From a virus (lineage: Duplodnaviria; Caudoviricetes): DNA of 64,000 nucleotides. Positions 1 to 9,731 of this stretch are shown here, one piece after another. Within the stretch, counting starts at the first letter, position 1, and each line of letters begins with the position of its first letter. Location: positions 25,719 through 89,718 of IMG/VR virus record IMGVR_UViG_3300021400_000612; one strand, given 5' to 3'. Both the position numbers and the translations under genes were made by a program. Below the pieces are notes generated by a model. The model did not search any database. It was not told the DNA's origin and was given only the letters and a program-made list of their open reading frames with translations.

Positions 1-2
1 GG

Positions 3-1391
3 AGAGGTTACGCTAGACAAGGTATTCTTACTTATGTAAACGAGGTAGGTCTTGTTACAACTAAAGTTGTAGATGAGTCTTATAAACTAGATACTAAAGC
101 TGGAGATATTTCTATTGAATGGGCATACAAACCACAAGTTTATGAAGGCTATCGTATCGGTGGAAGATATACTGCTATTTATCCTATCAAGGCTAGACCT
201 ATATCCTTTGAACGTGATGGTAAACTTCCTTATAATGGTATTATGGAAGTAATTCCTTATATGGGTAAATTTAGTATTATCAAAACTATTACTCCTTTCC
301 AGATTATGCGTAATATCTTTGCTTATCATCGTGAAATGGTTATAGCAAAGAACAAGATGCTTATTCTTCTTCTTCCTGAAAGTCTTGTATCAAGTAAGTC
401 TGAAGATAGAGTTTATAGGATGGCTGCAGATGGTGTTCTTCTTGTTGATGATAGTGAAGATACTAACTCTCAGAAGATGGCTCAAGTAAGATTACTTAAT
501 GCTCAAATGGGAGATTACATAGCTCAAATTACTCAACTTATGGAAGCTACTCGTCAAGAGGCTTGGGATACTGTTGATATGAATGCTCAGCGTTATGGTG
601 ACATTGCTCAGTCTTCTGGTGTTGGTACAACTCAAGAGGCTATTGCTCGTTCATCTATGGGTAGTGTTATCATAGTTCAAGTTTTTGATGAGATGCGTCG
701 TCGTGATTATCAAAGAGATATTGACTTCTGTAAACTTGCATTTATTGATGGACTTGATACTGCATACTTAGATGCAGATGGTAATCGTCATTATATTAGC
801 CTTGACGTTAATAGTTTTGTATATTCTACATATGGAGTAACTGTTAAAAACGATGCTAAAGAACAAGATAAACTTCAACAACTTCGTCAATGGGCTTTTA
901 GTGCTGCTCAGAACGGTGACCTTGATATGGCTCTTGCCGCTATTACAGGTGATAACATATCTCAAATTAAAGCAACTGTCCAAAAATTCAATGAAATAAA
1001 AGCACAACATGAAGAGCAAATGAAACAAGTTGATGCTCAACTCAAAGAAGAAGAGATTCAAAATAAACTTCGTGAGATTGAAGCTAAAGGTGACCAAGAT
1101 AGACAACTTGAAGAACTTAAATTCCAACATGAAATGGCTCTTAAATATGTTGATGTTGATATGTCTATGCTCGGCAGTGCTGGTGGAGATGAAGCAGAAC
1201 AAGCTAAGAATAGATTAGCAGCAGCTGTTGAAGATAACAAAGCTAGAAATGACCAAGCTAAGATAGAACTTGAACGTCAGAAGATGCAAGCTGATTTATA
1301 TAATCAAGCTGCTGATAGAGCTGTTAAAATGGAAGATATTAAGTCTAAAGAACGTATAGCTAAGACCAATAAAAACAAATATGATAAATAA
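3..1391 (+). CDS. Portal protein, crAss-like (5' truncated by the window edge)
   Basis: The frame of ORF 243..1391 is open back to position 3 (RGYARQGILTYVNEVG...YEGYRIGG...KLPYNGIME). It has a coiled-coil C-terminus and lies upstream of the capsid module. The YEGYRIG/KLPYNG segments resemble crAss portals as I recall them. Confidence 0.8.
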   Translation, partial: RGYARQGILTYVNEVGLVTTKVVDESYKLDTKAGDISIEWAYKPQVYEGYRIGGRYTAIYPIKARPISFERDGKLPYNGIMEVIPYMGKFSIIKTITPFQIMRNIFAYHREMVIAKNKMLILLLPESLVSSKSEDRVYRMAADGVLLVDDSEDTNSQKMAQVRLLNAQMGDYIAQITQLMEATRQEAWDTVDMNAQRYGDIAQSSGVGTTQEAIARSSMGSVIIVQVFDEMRRRDYQRDIDFCKLAFIDGLDTAYLDADGNRHYISLDVNSFVYSTYGVTVKNDAKEQDKLQQLRQWAFSAAQNGDLDMALAAITGDNISQIKATVQKFNEIKAQHEEQMKQVDAQLKEEEIQNKLREIEAKGDQDRQLEELKFQHEMALKYVDVDMSMLGSAGGDEAEQAKNRLAAAVEDNKARNDQAKIELERQKMQADLYNQAADRAVKMEDIKSKERIAKTNKNKYDK

Positions 1392-1506
1392 TCTTAAAGA
1401 AAGGTTTAAGGGTTTTATTAAAGCTAAACACATTCCTATAAGTGAAGAAAGTATTGATAAAATGTTTTTGAATTATGATAGAGAAAATAATAAATTTGCT
1501 GGCTAG
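1381..1506 (+). CDS. Small hypothetical protein, 41 aa (not in ORF track)
   Basis: Manual translation MINNLKERFKGFIKAKHIPISEESIDKMFLNYDRENNKFAG*. It overlaps the portal stop and fills the gap to 1475. Confidence 0.35.
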   Translation: MINNLKERFKGFIKAKHIPISEESIDKMFLNYDRENNKFAG

Positions 1507-1753
1507 TATACCAAACGATAAACTATTACATTCGTATTTGGTATTAATACTTAGCTTGATATTCTATGATATACTAGAATTATTCTTACCTATGTGGTGG
1601 AATATACTTGTTACAACTATAATATCTACTATTATTATGATACTTAAAGAATGGTATGATAGTAAACATAATTGTACTCATAGTGTAGAATTAAAAGATG
1701 TTATAGCTGGTTATGGTGGTTTGATACTTGGATTACTATTAAAATTATTGTAG
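1475..1753 (+). CDS. Small membrane protein, VanZ/YfiM-like
   Basis: DKLLH motif followed by hydrophobic helices and a DVIAGYGG segment. Confidence 0.55.
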   Translation: MIEKIINLLASIPNDKLLHSYLVLILSLIFYDILELFLPMWWNILVTTIISTIIMILKEWYDSKHNCTHSVELKDVIAGYGGLILGLLLKLL

Positions 1754-1755
1754 TT

Positions 1756-2574
1756 ATGCCTACTAAAAGAAGAAGTTTAGAAAGTGTTCCTGGTATTGAT
1801 AGAGGAACTATTAATCCTATGTCAGAAGAGTTAGCTGAATTAGCAACATCTTCTCAACAAAATAGAATAAATACTACTAAAGCTTCTACATATGCTTTTA
1901 ATGTAGATGATATGGCTTATAGAATGAGAGAATTTCATCCAGAAATTACTCATGAACAAGTAGATAATGTTTATAGAACTACTCCTGTTATAGCTAGTGA
2001 TAGATATAGAGGTCGTACACAAGGCATATATAATAACGGCGGTGGTGATAGTTCAAGAAGTAGGATTATGATATATCAGCCTGATACTATGTCTGATTAT
2101 AAGCTACGAGATGTTTTAGGACATGAAAGTAATCATGCCGTTTATGATAAATTATATAAAGGAAAATTAACAGAAAAAGAAAAAGAATATTTAAATAATG
2201 CTTATCCCGAAGCTATTTTCAGAGAAAATGCTGATAGTAATGAAGAGCGTCATGCTGTAAACAAACAACTGAGAAATTTTGTTTCAGACCTTAATGGAGG
2301 AATTATAGGTGAAAGTCTAGATAAAGCTATAGATGAAGTTCCTGATAACGTTCTAATGGAACATTATTTCAAAAATATGGGTACTGGATATACTGACGAT
2401 TATAATAATGGTAATTATTTAGGTGTAGATTCTTATAAAGGAGCTAAATTTATGAAAACTGCTGATGGTAAATGGGATTCTAATAAAATTAAAAATATTA
2501 GAGAAGCTATGAAACACGTAGCTAGTATCGATAGAAAATTTAGTATTAAAAACAAAAATAGTATATTATCATAA
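1756..2574 (+). CDS. Putative zincin-like metallopeptidase domain protein
   Basis: VLGHESNH (HExxH at 2122..2136), a preceding beta-strand-like segment GIYN...IMIY, and a downstream EERHA. Confidence 0.55.
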   Translation: MPTKRRSLESVPGIDRGTINPMSEELAELATSSQQNRINTTKASTYAFNVDDMAYRMREFHPEITHEQVDNVYRTTPVIASDRYRGRTQGIYNNGGGDSSRSRIMIYQPDTMSDYKLRDVLGHESNHAVYDKLYKGKLTEKEKEYLNNAYPEAIFRENADSNEERHAVNKQLRNFVSDLNGGIIGESLDKAIDEVPDNVLMEHYFKNMGTGYTDDYNNGNYLGVDSYKGAKFMKTADGKWDSNKIKNIREAMKHVASIDRKFSIKNKNSILS

Positions 2575-2585
2575 TTGTTATAGTT

Positions 2586-3506
2586 ATGCCCATTAGATAT
2601 AAAAGTAAATACACAGGTGTTATACACGATACAAAAGAAGCCGCTATGAAGGATAATTGGCTTTATCTTAACAATCCTTCTTTTAGAATAGGTGTTAAAC
2701 AAAATACTGTTAAACAAAATAGTGAACTTCGTATTCCGTTTATTCAAGATAAGAAAGTAAAGTTATCTAACGCTGGTCTTGCTACTGGTGCTATACTGTC
2801 TACTAATATGCTAGATAGTATAGCTAAGTATGCAGATAGAGCTGGACTTCCTCTTAAGACTGCATTAGGATTAGCTGTAAAAGAAAGTACTCTTGGCAAT
2901 CCTACAGATGATACTAGTGTATACAAATTATTATCTAAAGAAAAAGAAGCATATTTTAGAAGTCAAGGTACTGGTCAGCATATAAATAACGGTCGTGATG
3001 TTGAAGCTAGAGAACTTATAAATTATTATGGGGATAATGATAATCCTTATACAGTTCTCATTAATACAGCAAGAAGTAGTAAAGACTATGTTGGTACTCT
3101 TCTTAAAGGAGAGAAATACGCTGATAGACTAGCTAAGAAAAAACAAGGTAGAGAAAAAACTAATGTTTTAGAAGCTGGTTTTAGATTTTATAAAAATAAT
3201 CCTACTAAGTATAATCCTGGTCAACCTAATTATCAACAATTAGTTAATAAGCGAGCTAATGAAGTTTGGGCTAGTCCTGAAATTCAAGATTGGTATAAAC
3301 GTAGTTTAGAAGATGGCAGAACTCAAAAGAAAGAAGGCGGTATTCATATAGCTCCTTCTAAACGTGGTACTTTCACAGCTGCTGCAACTAAACACGGTAT
3401 GGGAGTTCAAGAGTTTGCTTCTAGAGTTTTAAGAAATAAAGAGGATTATTCTCCTGCTATGGTTAAGAAAGCTAACTTTGCAAGAAATGCTAGTAAATGG
3501 CATTAA
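2586..3506 (+). CDS. Head-region protein with a possible lysozyme/lytic-transglycosylase-like domain and a basic C-terminal module
   Basis: LPLKTALGLAVKESTLG (SLT-like catalytic Glu context) and YNPG...Y. The C-terminus GGIHIAPSKRGTFT...KKANFARNASKWH recurs in crAss-like phage proteins, from memory. Confidence 0.45.
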   Translation: MPIRYKSKYTGVIHDTKEAAMKDNWLYLNNPSFRIGVKQNTVKQNSELRIPFIQDKKVKLSNAGLATGAILSTNMLDSIAKYADRAGLPLKTALGLAVKESTLGNPTDDTSVYKLLSKEKEAYFRSQGTGQHINNGRDVEARELINYYGDNDNPYTVLINTARSSKDYVGTLLKGEKYADRLAKKKQGREKTNVLEAGFRFYKNNPTKYNPGQPNYQQLVNKRANEVWASPEIQDWYKRSLEDGRTQKKEGGIHIAPSKRGTFTAAATKHGMGVQEFASRVLRNKEDYSPAMVKKANFARNASKWH

Positions 3507-3543
3507 AGGTATAATTTAACTTGAGTGCATTCCCAAGTTACTC

Positions 3544-3590
3544 AGTGTCCTGGTAGTATTAAATGTACTATTCAGGACACTTTATTTATT
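3544..3590 (+). terminator. Rho-independent terminator
   Basis: AGTGTCCTG...CAGGACACT stem (3544..3581) followed by TTATTTATT, after the 2586..3506 gene. Confidence 0.6.
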
Positions 3591-3860
3591 TGTAGGATTT
3601 AAAATTCATTTTGGCAGGCTTGCATAGTCTTGCTGAATAACTTATCGACCGACATATTTCTAAATAATGTGGCAAACGTAAGATAGCAAATAGAGAATTT
3701 TTAGATAGTATTTGCACCCCTTTAGAAAAGATTATTGATTACTGCTGAAGCTATTAAAGTTTATGCTTAAACTATTGGCATCATTAATTTCGTGCGTACC
3801 TTATTTAATTATGATGTCAATAGCGGTGGTACATATATTTATTAAAAAGTTTTAAAATAT

Positions 3861-3891
3861 TTTGCAGATTGAGATAAAAGTATTATATTTG
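3861..3891 (+). promoter_or_regulatory. Bacteroidota-type sigma promoter (-33/-7)
   Basis: TTTG (3861..3864), 19-bp spacer, TATATTTG (3884..3891), 50 bp upstream of ATG 3941. Confidence 0.7.
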
Positions 3892-3940
3892 TAGCGTCTT
3901 ATAACAAAGTAATAATTATTATAAATCTAAAGTTTAAGTT

Positions 3941-5284
3941 ATGGCAGAAGTTGATATTGATTTTGAAGGTCAGGGCGGTAACGCAGATAATGGCGGCTCT
4001 GGTAACGGAACTCAAGGTGGCTCTGGTAACGGTGCTAATGGAGGTCAGCAAGGAAATGGTGAAGTTACTGCTTTGAATGGTGGCGGCACTGCTGATATTA
4101 CTGGCAAAGATAACCAAGGTCAAGGTTCTGAAGGTAACGGTGATGGTCAAGGTAACCAAGGTGGTGAAGGTGAAGGTGATGGTGCTGGAGATGGACAGGG
4201 TAGTCAGCAAGATAACTCTTCTTCTACGGGGGAGCTTGTACCTGGTGACAATGTTGAATTTGAAGGCGAAACCTACACTGTAGCTGAGAATGGTGATTTA
4301 GTTGACAAAGATGGTAAAATCTTTAAAGAAGCTAAAGATGTAAAAGAATGGATTGAATCTCTTCAAGAAGAAACTGATGATACCATTAGTCTTGAAACTA
4401 TTCAGGATGCTTTTGGTCAGACTATTGTTGGGGAAGATGGAAAACCTGTAGAATTTACGAATGATGCTGCTGGTGTTCAGGCTTATGTTAAAGCTGTAGT
4501 AGATTTACAGCGTAACGAAATAGCCGAAGGTGCTGTTAATAAATTGTATGCTGATAATCCTTTGCTTAAGCAGTTTATTGATTACGTTCAGGTTAATGGT
4601 TCTCCTCGTGGTTTTGGTGAACTTCCTGATAGAACTGGTTGGCAGATTGATAAAGATAATGCAGTTCAGCAGGAAACTATCGTTCGTATGGCAGCCAGAG
4701 AATTTGGTAATGCTTCTTTGAATGACAATTATATTAAATATCTTAAAGACACAGGTGGTCTTTATGACGAGGCTGTAAATCAACTTAAAGCTTTGCAGGA
4801 TAAAGATAAAACTGTTAGAGCTGAGATTGAACAGCGTGCTAATGCTGCTCGTGCACAAGAGCAACAAGAAATTGAAACATATTGGAATAAAGTTAATGAC
4901 GTTATTAACGGCAGAACTATTGCTGGATATAAACTGCCTGACAGTTTTGTTAAAGAAGTGGATGGTAAAAAGCAAACTCTAACACCTACAGACTTCTATA
5001 ATTATCTTAGTAGGCAAACTGAAGTTGATGCTGATGGTAACAGAATTACTGGATATCAGAAAGACCTAGCGAATGAATCTGATGATGATTATTTAGCTCG
5101 TGAGCTAATTACTGCTTGGCTTATGTTTACTGGTGGTACGTATAAAGATTTAGCTACTATGGCTATTAAGGAGAACGAGGTTCGTACTCTTAAACTTAAA
5201 TCAAAAGAAAATCGTGCTCATAAAACAGTAAAAGTGACTAAGCCTGCTAGTAAATCAACACTTGATGATGTTCTTCTAGGTTAA
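3941..5284 (+). CDS. Conserved pre-capsid protein (putative scaffold)
   Basis: Immediately upstream of the major capsid gene. It has an acidic Gly/Asn/Gln-rich disordered N-terminus, with a GGCTCTGGTAACGG repeat at 3995 and 4019, then a helical region. Confidence 0.6.
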   Translation: MAEVDIDFEGQGGNADNGGSGNGTQGGSGNGANGGQQGNGEVTALNGGGTADITGKDNQGQGSEGNGDGQGNQGGEGEGDGAGDGQGSQQDNSSSTGELVPGDNVEFEGETYTVAENGDLVDKDGKIFKEAKDVKEWIESLQEETDDTISLETIQDAFGQTIVGEDGKPVEFTNDAAGVQAYVKAVVDLQRNEIAEGAVNKLYADNPLLKQFIDYVQVNGSPRGFGELPDRTGWQIDKDNAVQQETIVRMAAREFGNASLNDNYIKYLKDTGGLYDEAVNQLKALQDKDKTVRAEIEQRANAARAQEQQEIETYWNKVNDVINGRTIAGYKLPDSFVKEVDGKKQTLTPTDFYNYLSRQTEVDADGNRITGYQKDLANESDDDYLARELITAWLMFTGGTYKDLATMAIKENEVRTLKLKSKENRAHKTVKVTKPASKSTLDDVLLG

Positions 5285-5317
5285 TCACAACTAAAGTTTA
5301 ATAATTAATTAAAAGTT

Positions 5318-6793
5318 ATGTACAGACTTAGAGAAGTAAAACGTGGCACTTATGATGACCGTGGTTACTCTAATGAGGAAACCATTGCCAATCTTGCCAT
5401 TACTAAAGCTGCGGAAATCAACAACGTTCTGACTTACACTTATGGTTATGACGATGATAGATTCCCGCTTACATTCTTGACAGAGGGTCAGGGTTCTATC
5501 GGTACAGTTGATATTGACACAGTTCAGTGGACTTGGAAGACTATGGGTCGTACTAAGTTTAATGACTATGTTCTTTGGTTCAACACTGCAAATACTACTC
5601 CTGGTAAGGGTGGTGCTCAATTTGAGGTTGAATTTGCTACTCATTGGTTTATTGAGCAGTATGGTTTGATTGCACCCGATGGTATGACTCAGGTTCGTAT
5701 TATGAAAGACCTTGGTCCTGGTGCTCATGGTGGTTATCTTTATAGACTTCAAATTACTAGTCCTAATCCTAATGCTTTTGTAGACCCCGATTTGCTTGCT
5801 GTTGGTAAGTATTGGACTCTTAGCGCTCCTACTATCCCTGAGAGTTATTCTAAGGGTAATCGTAGTAATGTTATGGGACCTGGTAAGATGACTTCTCAAC
5901 TTGAGTTCCACCGTTATTCTAAGGAAATTGCTGGTAATCTGAGTAACGTTATTGTTACTTATGAGTTTAGGACAAAGAATGGTGGTACTACCAATCTTTG
6001 GATTAACGAAGAGATGCGTCAGCATGACCTTCAGATTCGTGTTATGGATGAAGAACGTCTTTGGTTTGCAGAATATAACCGTCTTGAAGATGGTACTATT
6101 CCTTTGATTGACCCTGATAATGGTAATCCCATTCCTCATACTGCTGGTATGCAGCAGATTTGTCGTGAATCTAACTACGATACTTATGGAGAGCGTCTTA
6201 CTCTTAATAAGTTTAATCGTACTATTGGTGATGTTCTTGATAAGTCTACCGATACAGGTTCTATGGAAGTAGTTCTTGGTTGTGGTAAAGGCTTTGTTGA
6301 GGACTTTGACCTTATGATTCGTGAGGATGCTAAGTCAGAAGGGTTCCTTACTCCTCTTGGTGATAAGATGATTGAGGAAACTGAAGGTGGTCTTTCTTAT
6401 GGTAAGTACTTCCGTCAGTATAAGACTGTTGATGGTCATACTATTACTTTGAAGACTCTGTCGTTCTTGACTAAGGGTTCTCTTGCTGATAGTGACCGTG
6501 CTAATGGTAACATTCATCCTCGTACTGGTCTTCCTATGTGTTCTCACCAGGCATTTATGCTTGATATGAGTACTTATGAAGGTGTTCGTAATATTCGTAA
6601 GGTTCGTCAGAAGGGTCAGATTTATCATCAGGGTGTTCTGAAGGGTCTTACTCCTATTCCTGCTTCTTGGGGTGCTGTTCCTAACAATAGTATTTCTACT
6701 ACTGTTGATAAGAGCTCTTACGAAATCAAGAACTCTTACGGTCTGCAAGTGAACAACGCTACTAAAATGATGCAGTTGAAGTGTGTTCTGTAA
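5318..6793 (+). CDS. Major capsid protein, crAss-like
   Basis: 491 aa with strong codon bias. The N-terminus YDDRGYSNEETIA...DDDRFPLTFLTEGQG is recognised as crAssphage-type MCP, and the position in the head module fits. Confidence 0.85.
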   Translation: MYRLREVKRGTYDDRGYSNEETIANLAITKAAEINNVLTYTYGYDDDRFPLTFLTEGQGSIGTVDIDTVQWTWKTMGRTKFNDYVLWFNTANTTPGKGGAQFEVEFATHWFIEQYGLIAPDGMTQVRIMKDLGPGAHGGYLYRLQITSPNPNAFVDPDLLAVGKYWTLSAPTIPESYSKGNRSNVMGPGKMTSQLEFHRYSKEIAGNLSNVIVTYEFRTKNGGTTNLWINEEMRQHDLQIRVMDEERLWFAEYNRLEDGTIPLIDPDNGNPIPHTAGMQQICRESNYDTYGERLTLNKFNRTIGDVLDKSTDTGSMEVVLGCGKGFVEDFDLMIREDAKSEGFLTPLGDKMIEETEGGLSYGKYFRQYKTVDGHTITLKTLSFLTKGSLADSDRANGNIHPRTGLPMCSHQAFMLDMSTYEGVRNIRKVRQKGQIYHQGVLKGLTPIPASWGAVPNNSISTTVDKSSYEIKNSYGLQVNNATKMMQLKCVL

Positions 6794-6819
6794 TTATTGA
6801 TTAATAAAAGATTTAAACA

Positions 6820-7920
6820 ATGGATAATAATAAACCTACACCACAGGTAAATCCTGCTAATGTTAATGGAGGTAAGACAGTAGCTGAGAATACTGCCGCT
6901 AAAGAAGCCGAACTTAATGAGCCATATCTCGATAAGCGTACTGTGACTATTGCTCCAGTACAACTTTTCTCAGCTTATCGTAACGCTAACAAAGCTAGCA
7001 TTGGTCCTCGTAAGACTGTGATTGGAAGTTCTATTAACTCTAGTCGTATTCTTTCGTCTAATAAGGGTGAAGTTGAGGCTTATTTCCCTGAACTTATCGG
7101 TATATCTCCGAGTCATCAAGAATTTACATCTCACGTTAAGGCTTACCTTAATAATATTTCTTTCAATGTTAATGAAAAGGGTACTCCTCTGAATATCTCT
7201 TTCCGTTACAACCATAAGAAAGATTATTTAAAGATTAAGGAACAAGAAGATAAGATTAATGCTAAGCGAGATGCTGTTGCTAGAAACAATACATCTGCTA
7301 TTAAGGATGCTATTAAGGTTTGGGTGACTGAAATTAATGAACTTGAATCAAGTAAATATTTATATGGTCGTCCAGAAAATATTGAAGAATATCTTATTTA
7401 TCGTCATTGTATTCTTTATCGTGACGTAGCTAAGGATATTTCTTTGATTAATTCAGATGCTTCTCTTAGATTCTATATTCGTGACGAAAATAAAGAAGCA
7501 GAGCGTGCTAAGAGACTTGTTGATGAACGTCGTAAAGCTATGCGTAACTTCCTTGCACTTGAAGCTAGTGACAAGAAACGTAATGCTGTTTACATTCAAA
7601 TGATTGTAAACAATAATGGCAACGTTGGTGAAGCTATGCTTAAGTCTGCAGACGAACAAGTTTCTGCTCTTATGTCTTTCCTTAATGAAAATCCTGATAA
7701 GTTCAACAACTTGTTTGAGGATAAGAATGTTGAAATGAAGGCGTTTATCGAAAGTCTTATTTCTAGAGGTGAGCTTATACGTCCAGAATACAATCAACAG
7801 ATTTCTACAGCTGATGGTACATTTATTGGTAGTAATATGAATGAGGCTGTTGCTTATTTCAATAATCCTAACAACAAATCTGTACTTGAAGCAATGCAGA
7901 ATAAATACAAGTTATTCTAA
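6820..7920 (+). CDS. Conserved crAss-like protein downstream of MCP (putative structural)
   Basis: 366-aa helical protein with the same codon bias as the MCP gene. Function not recognisable. Confidence 0.6.
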   Translation: MDNNKPTPQVNPANVNGGKTVAENTAAKEAELNEPYLDKRTVTIAPVQLFSAYRNANKASIGPRKTVIGSSINSSRILSSNKGEVEAYFPELIGISPSHQEFTSHVKAYLNNISFNVNEKGTPLNISFRYNHKKDYLKIKEQEDKINAKRDAVARNNTSAIKDAIKVWVTEINELESSKYLYGRPENIEEYLIYRHCILYRDVAKDISLINSDASLRFYIRDENKEAERAKRLVDERRKAMRNFLALEASDKKRNAVYIQMIVNNNGNVGEAMLKSADEQVSALMSFLNENPDKFNNLFEDKNVEMKAFIESLISRGELIRPEYNQQISTADGTFIGSNMNEAVAYFNNPNNKSVLEAMQNKYKLF

Positions 7921-7932
7921 ATATTCTGAGTT

Positions 7933-8763
7933 ATGACATTAATGGAAATGCACATATGGTTTAGACAATATGCTACTCAAATGGGTATGCAAAATGTTCG
8001 TGCACTTCTCCCTGAACAGATTGACACCTTCATTAATACTTCCACTATGGATACTATTAGTGAAGTGGTCAATCGTAATGTCGGAACAACTAACGATAGA
8101 ATCATTACGGATAACGCTAAACTCGCTAACATTAATGCACTTCGTACACTATATAAAGTAAAAACGTATACTGTTTCTGATGGAGGTACTGTTAATTCTT
8201 ATAAAGACAATCCTCTTATTTTACATACAGATACTATACTTGGTGATGCTAAAGCATTATATCTTGTTGATTTTTCAATTAAGTATACTAACAATTCTGT
8301 AACTCCTGCTACTGCTACGAGGTTATTTCCTATTCGTATTATAGATGAATCTAAACTTGCTGATGTTCTTAACGATTGGGTACTTTCTCCTCGTATGAAT
8401 GCTCCAGTAATGGTTGTATATGCTAAGGAAAATTCTATAGAGGCTAGTACATTAGAAATCTATCTAGGTGAAAATAATGATACAGGTATGTCTACTATAG
8501 CAGATAGTTTAACTGTTAGAGAAATTAGAATGTCTTACATTAAACATCCTAATGTTGTTAAATACTTACGTGATATTGGTGGAACTAATGTAGATTCTGA
8601 CCTTCCTGAACATCTTCATATTCCTATGCTTAAGCACGCTGTTGACCTTTATAGAGTTTCTATTCAAGGTTCTCTGTATGCTAATCAACAGAATGCTCAA
8701 CAAAATCAACAAGAGCTTGTTAGAAATAATGCTCGTCCTGATAATGATGGTTATCAATCTTAA
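7933..8763 (+). CDS. Putative head-tail ring/adaptor protein
   Basis: MTLMEMH...F N-terminus and SYIKHP...DLPEHLH C-terminal motif typical of crAss ring proteins. Position fits. Confidence 0.5.
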   Translation: MTLMEMHIWFRQYATQMGMQNVRALLPEQIDTFINTSTMDTISEVVNRNVGTTNDRIITDNAKLANINALRTLYKVKTYTVSDGGTVNSYKDNPLILHTDTILGDAKALYLVDFSIKYTNNSVTPATATRLFPIRIIDESKLADVLNDWVLSPRMNAPVMVVYAKENSIEASTLEIYLGENNDTGMSTIADSLTVREIRMSYIKHPNVVKYLRDIGGTNVDSDLPEHLHIPMLKHAVDLYRVSIQGSLYANQQNAQQNQQELVRNNARPDNDGYQS

Positions 8764-8779
8764 ATTAATTTTATAACAA

Positions 8780-9718
8780 ATGAAACAGTTACTTATTGTA
8801 AATAGTGCTAAGGCTGTCAAGACTGGTATCGCAGATGACTTGACTGTTCTTGATGCAGGTCAGATTGGTTTCTTCCATCTGAGTCCTGATGCTTCTGGTG
8901 CTAACGAAGGTAAAGTTACATTCTTTAATACAAAGCCTACTGAGAACTTTGGTATTGCTTTGGGTAGAGGTGCTAATGTTCCTGCTTTCGTTATTCCCGA
9001 AGTAGATATTAATACCCTTAATGTTAACTTTGCTGCTCCTGCTGCTGGCGTGAAGTTCAAGGGTGAGATTACTATTCCTGCTCCTGCAGAAGGTGACAAT
9101 TTCACTCTGACTATTGTTAAGAAGGGTACTGTTCCTGGAGAACGTTATCAGTGGAATGTTACTGATAGTCGTCGTGTTGGTAAGTCTATGTCTGCTGCTG
9201 ATATGGCTAAATCTCTTGGCGACCAACTTAAGGCTATTGCTGATGCAGGTTCTATTAACATTGTAGTTACTGTAGCTTCCGCTAAGATTACAGTTGATGG
9301 TCTTAATGTTGGCGAGCAGTTTAACCTTTTGGCTGGCGATGACCTGTTTGGTACAACTGTAACAATTACTGAGGCTAAGTCTAACATTGGTGATACAGCT
9401 TATATTCAGGATTTGGCTCAGCGCTGTGCTGCAGGTAAAGGCTTTGTATATCTTGACCAAGAGTCTAAGGATATCTATCCTGGTTATCCTGAGGCAGTAG
9501 AACAGATTGCTCAAGCCGATATTGCTACTAAGGGTTACACTGTATTTAATCTTCGTTTCGCTACTAAGCGTATGAGTGGTAAGACTAGTGACGAACAAGT
9601 TTGGCAGTATGTACACATTGCTGTTCCTACTGACAATGCTAGTTTGGACACTATTAAGGCTATTCTTGAACAGCCTGTCTTGCCTAACGTTCCTGCTGAA
9701 GAAGCTGAAGAACCTTAA
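8780..9718 (+). CDS. Putative virion structural protein (beta-rich)
   Basis: 312 aa, Ala/Gly/Thr/Val-rich, with capsid-like codon bias, followed by a hairpin. Confidence 0.55.
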   Translation: MKQLLIVNSAKAVKTGIADDLTVLDAGQIGFFHLSPDASGANEGKVTFFNTKPTENFGIALGRGANVPAFVIPEVDINTLNVNFAAPAAGVKFKGEITIPAPAEGDNFTLTIVKKGTVPGERYQWNVTDSRRVGKSMSAADMAKSLGDQLKAIADAGSINIVVTVASAKITVDGLNVGEQFNLLAGDDLFGTTVTITEAKSNIGDTAYIQDLAQRCAAGKGFVYLDQESKDIYPGYPEAVEQIAQADIATKGYTVFNLRFATKRMSGKTSDEQVWQYVHIAVPTDNASLDTIKAILEQPVLPNVPAEEAEEP

Positions 9719-9731
9719 GTTGATTAAGTAA

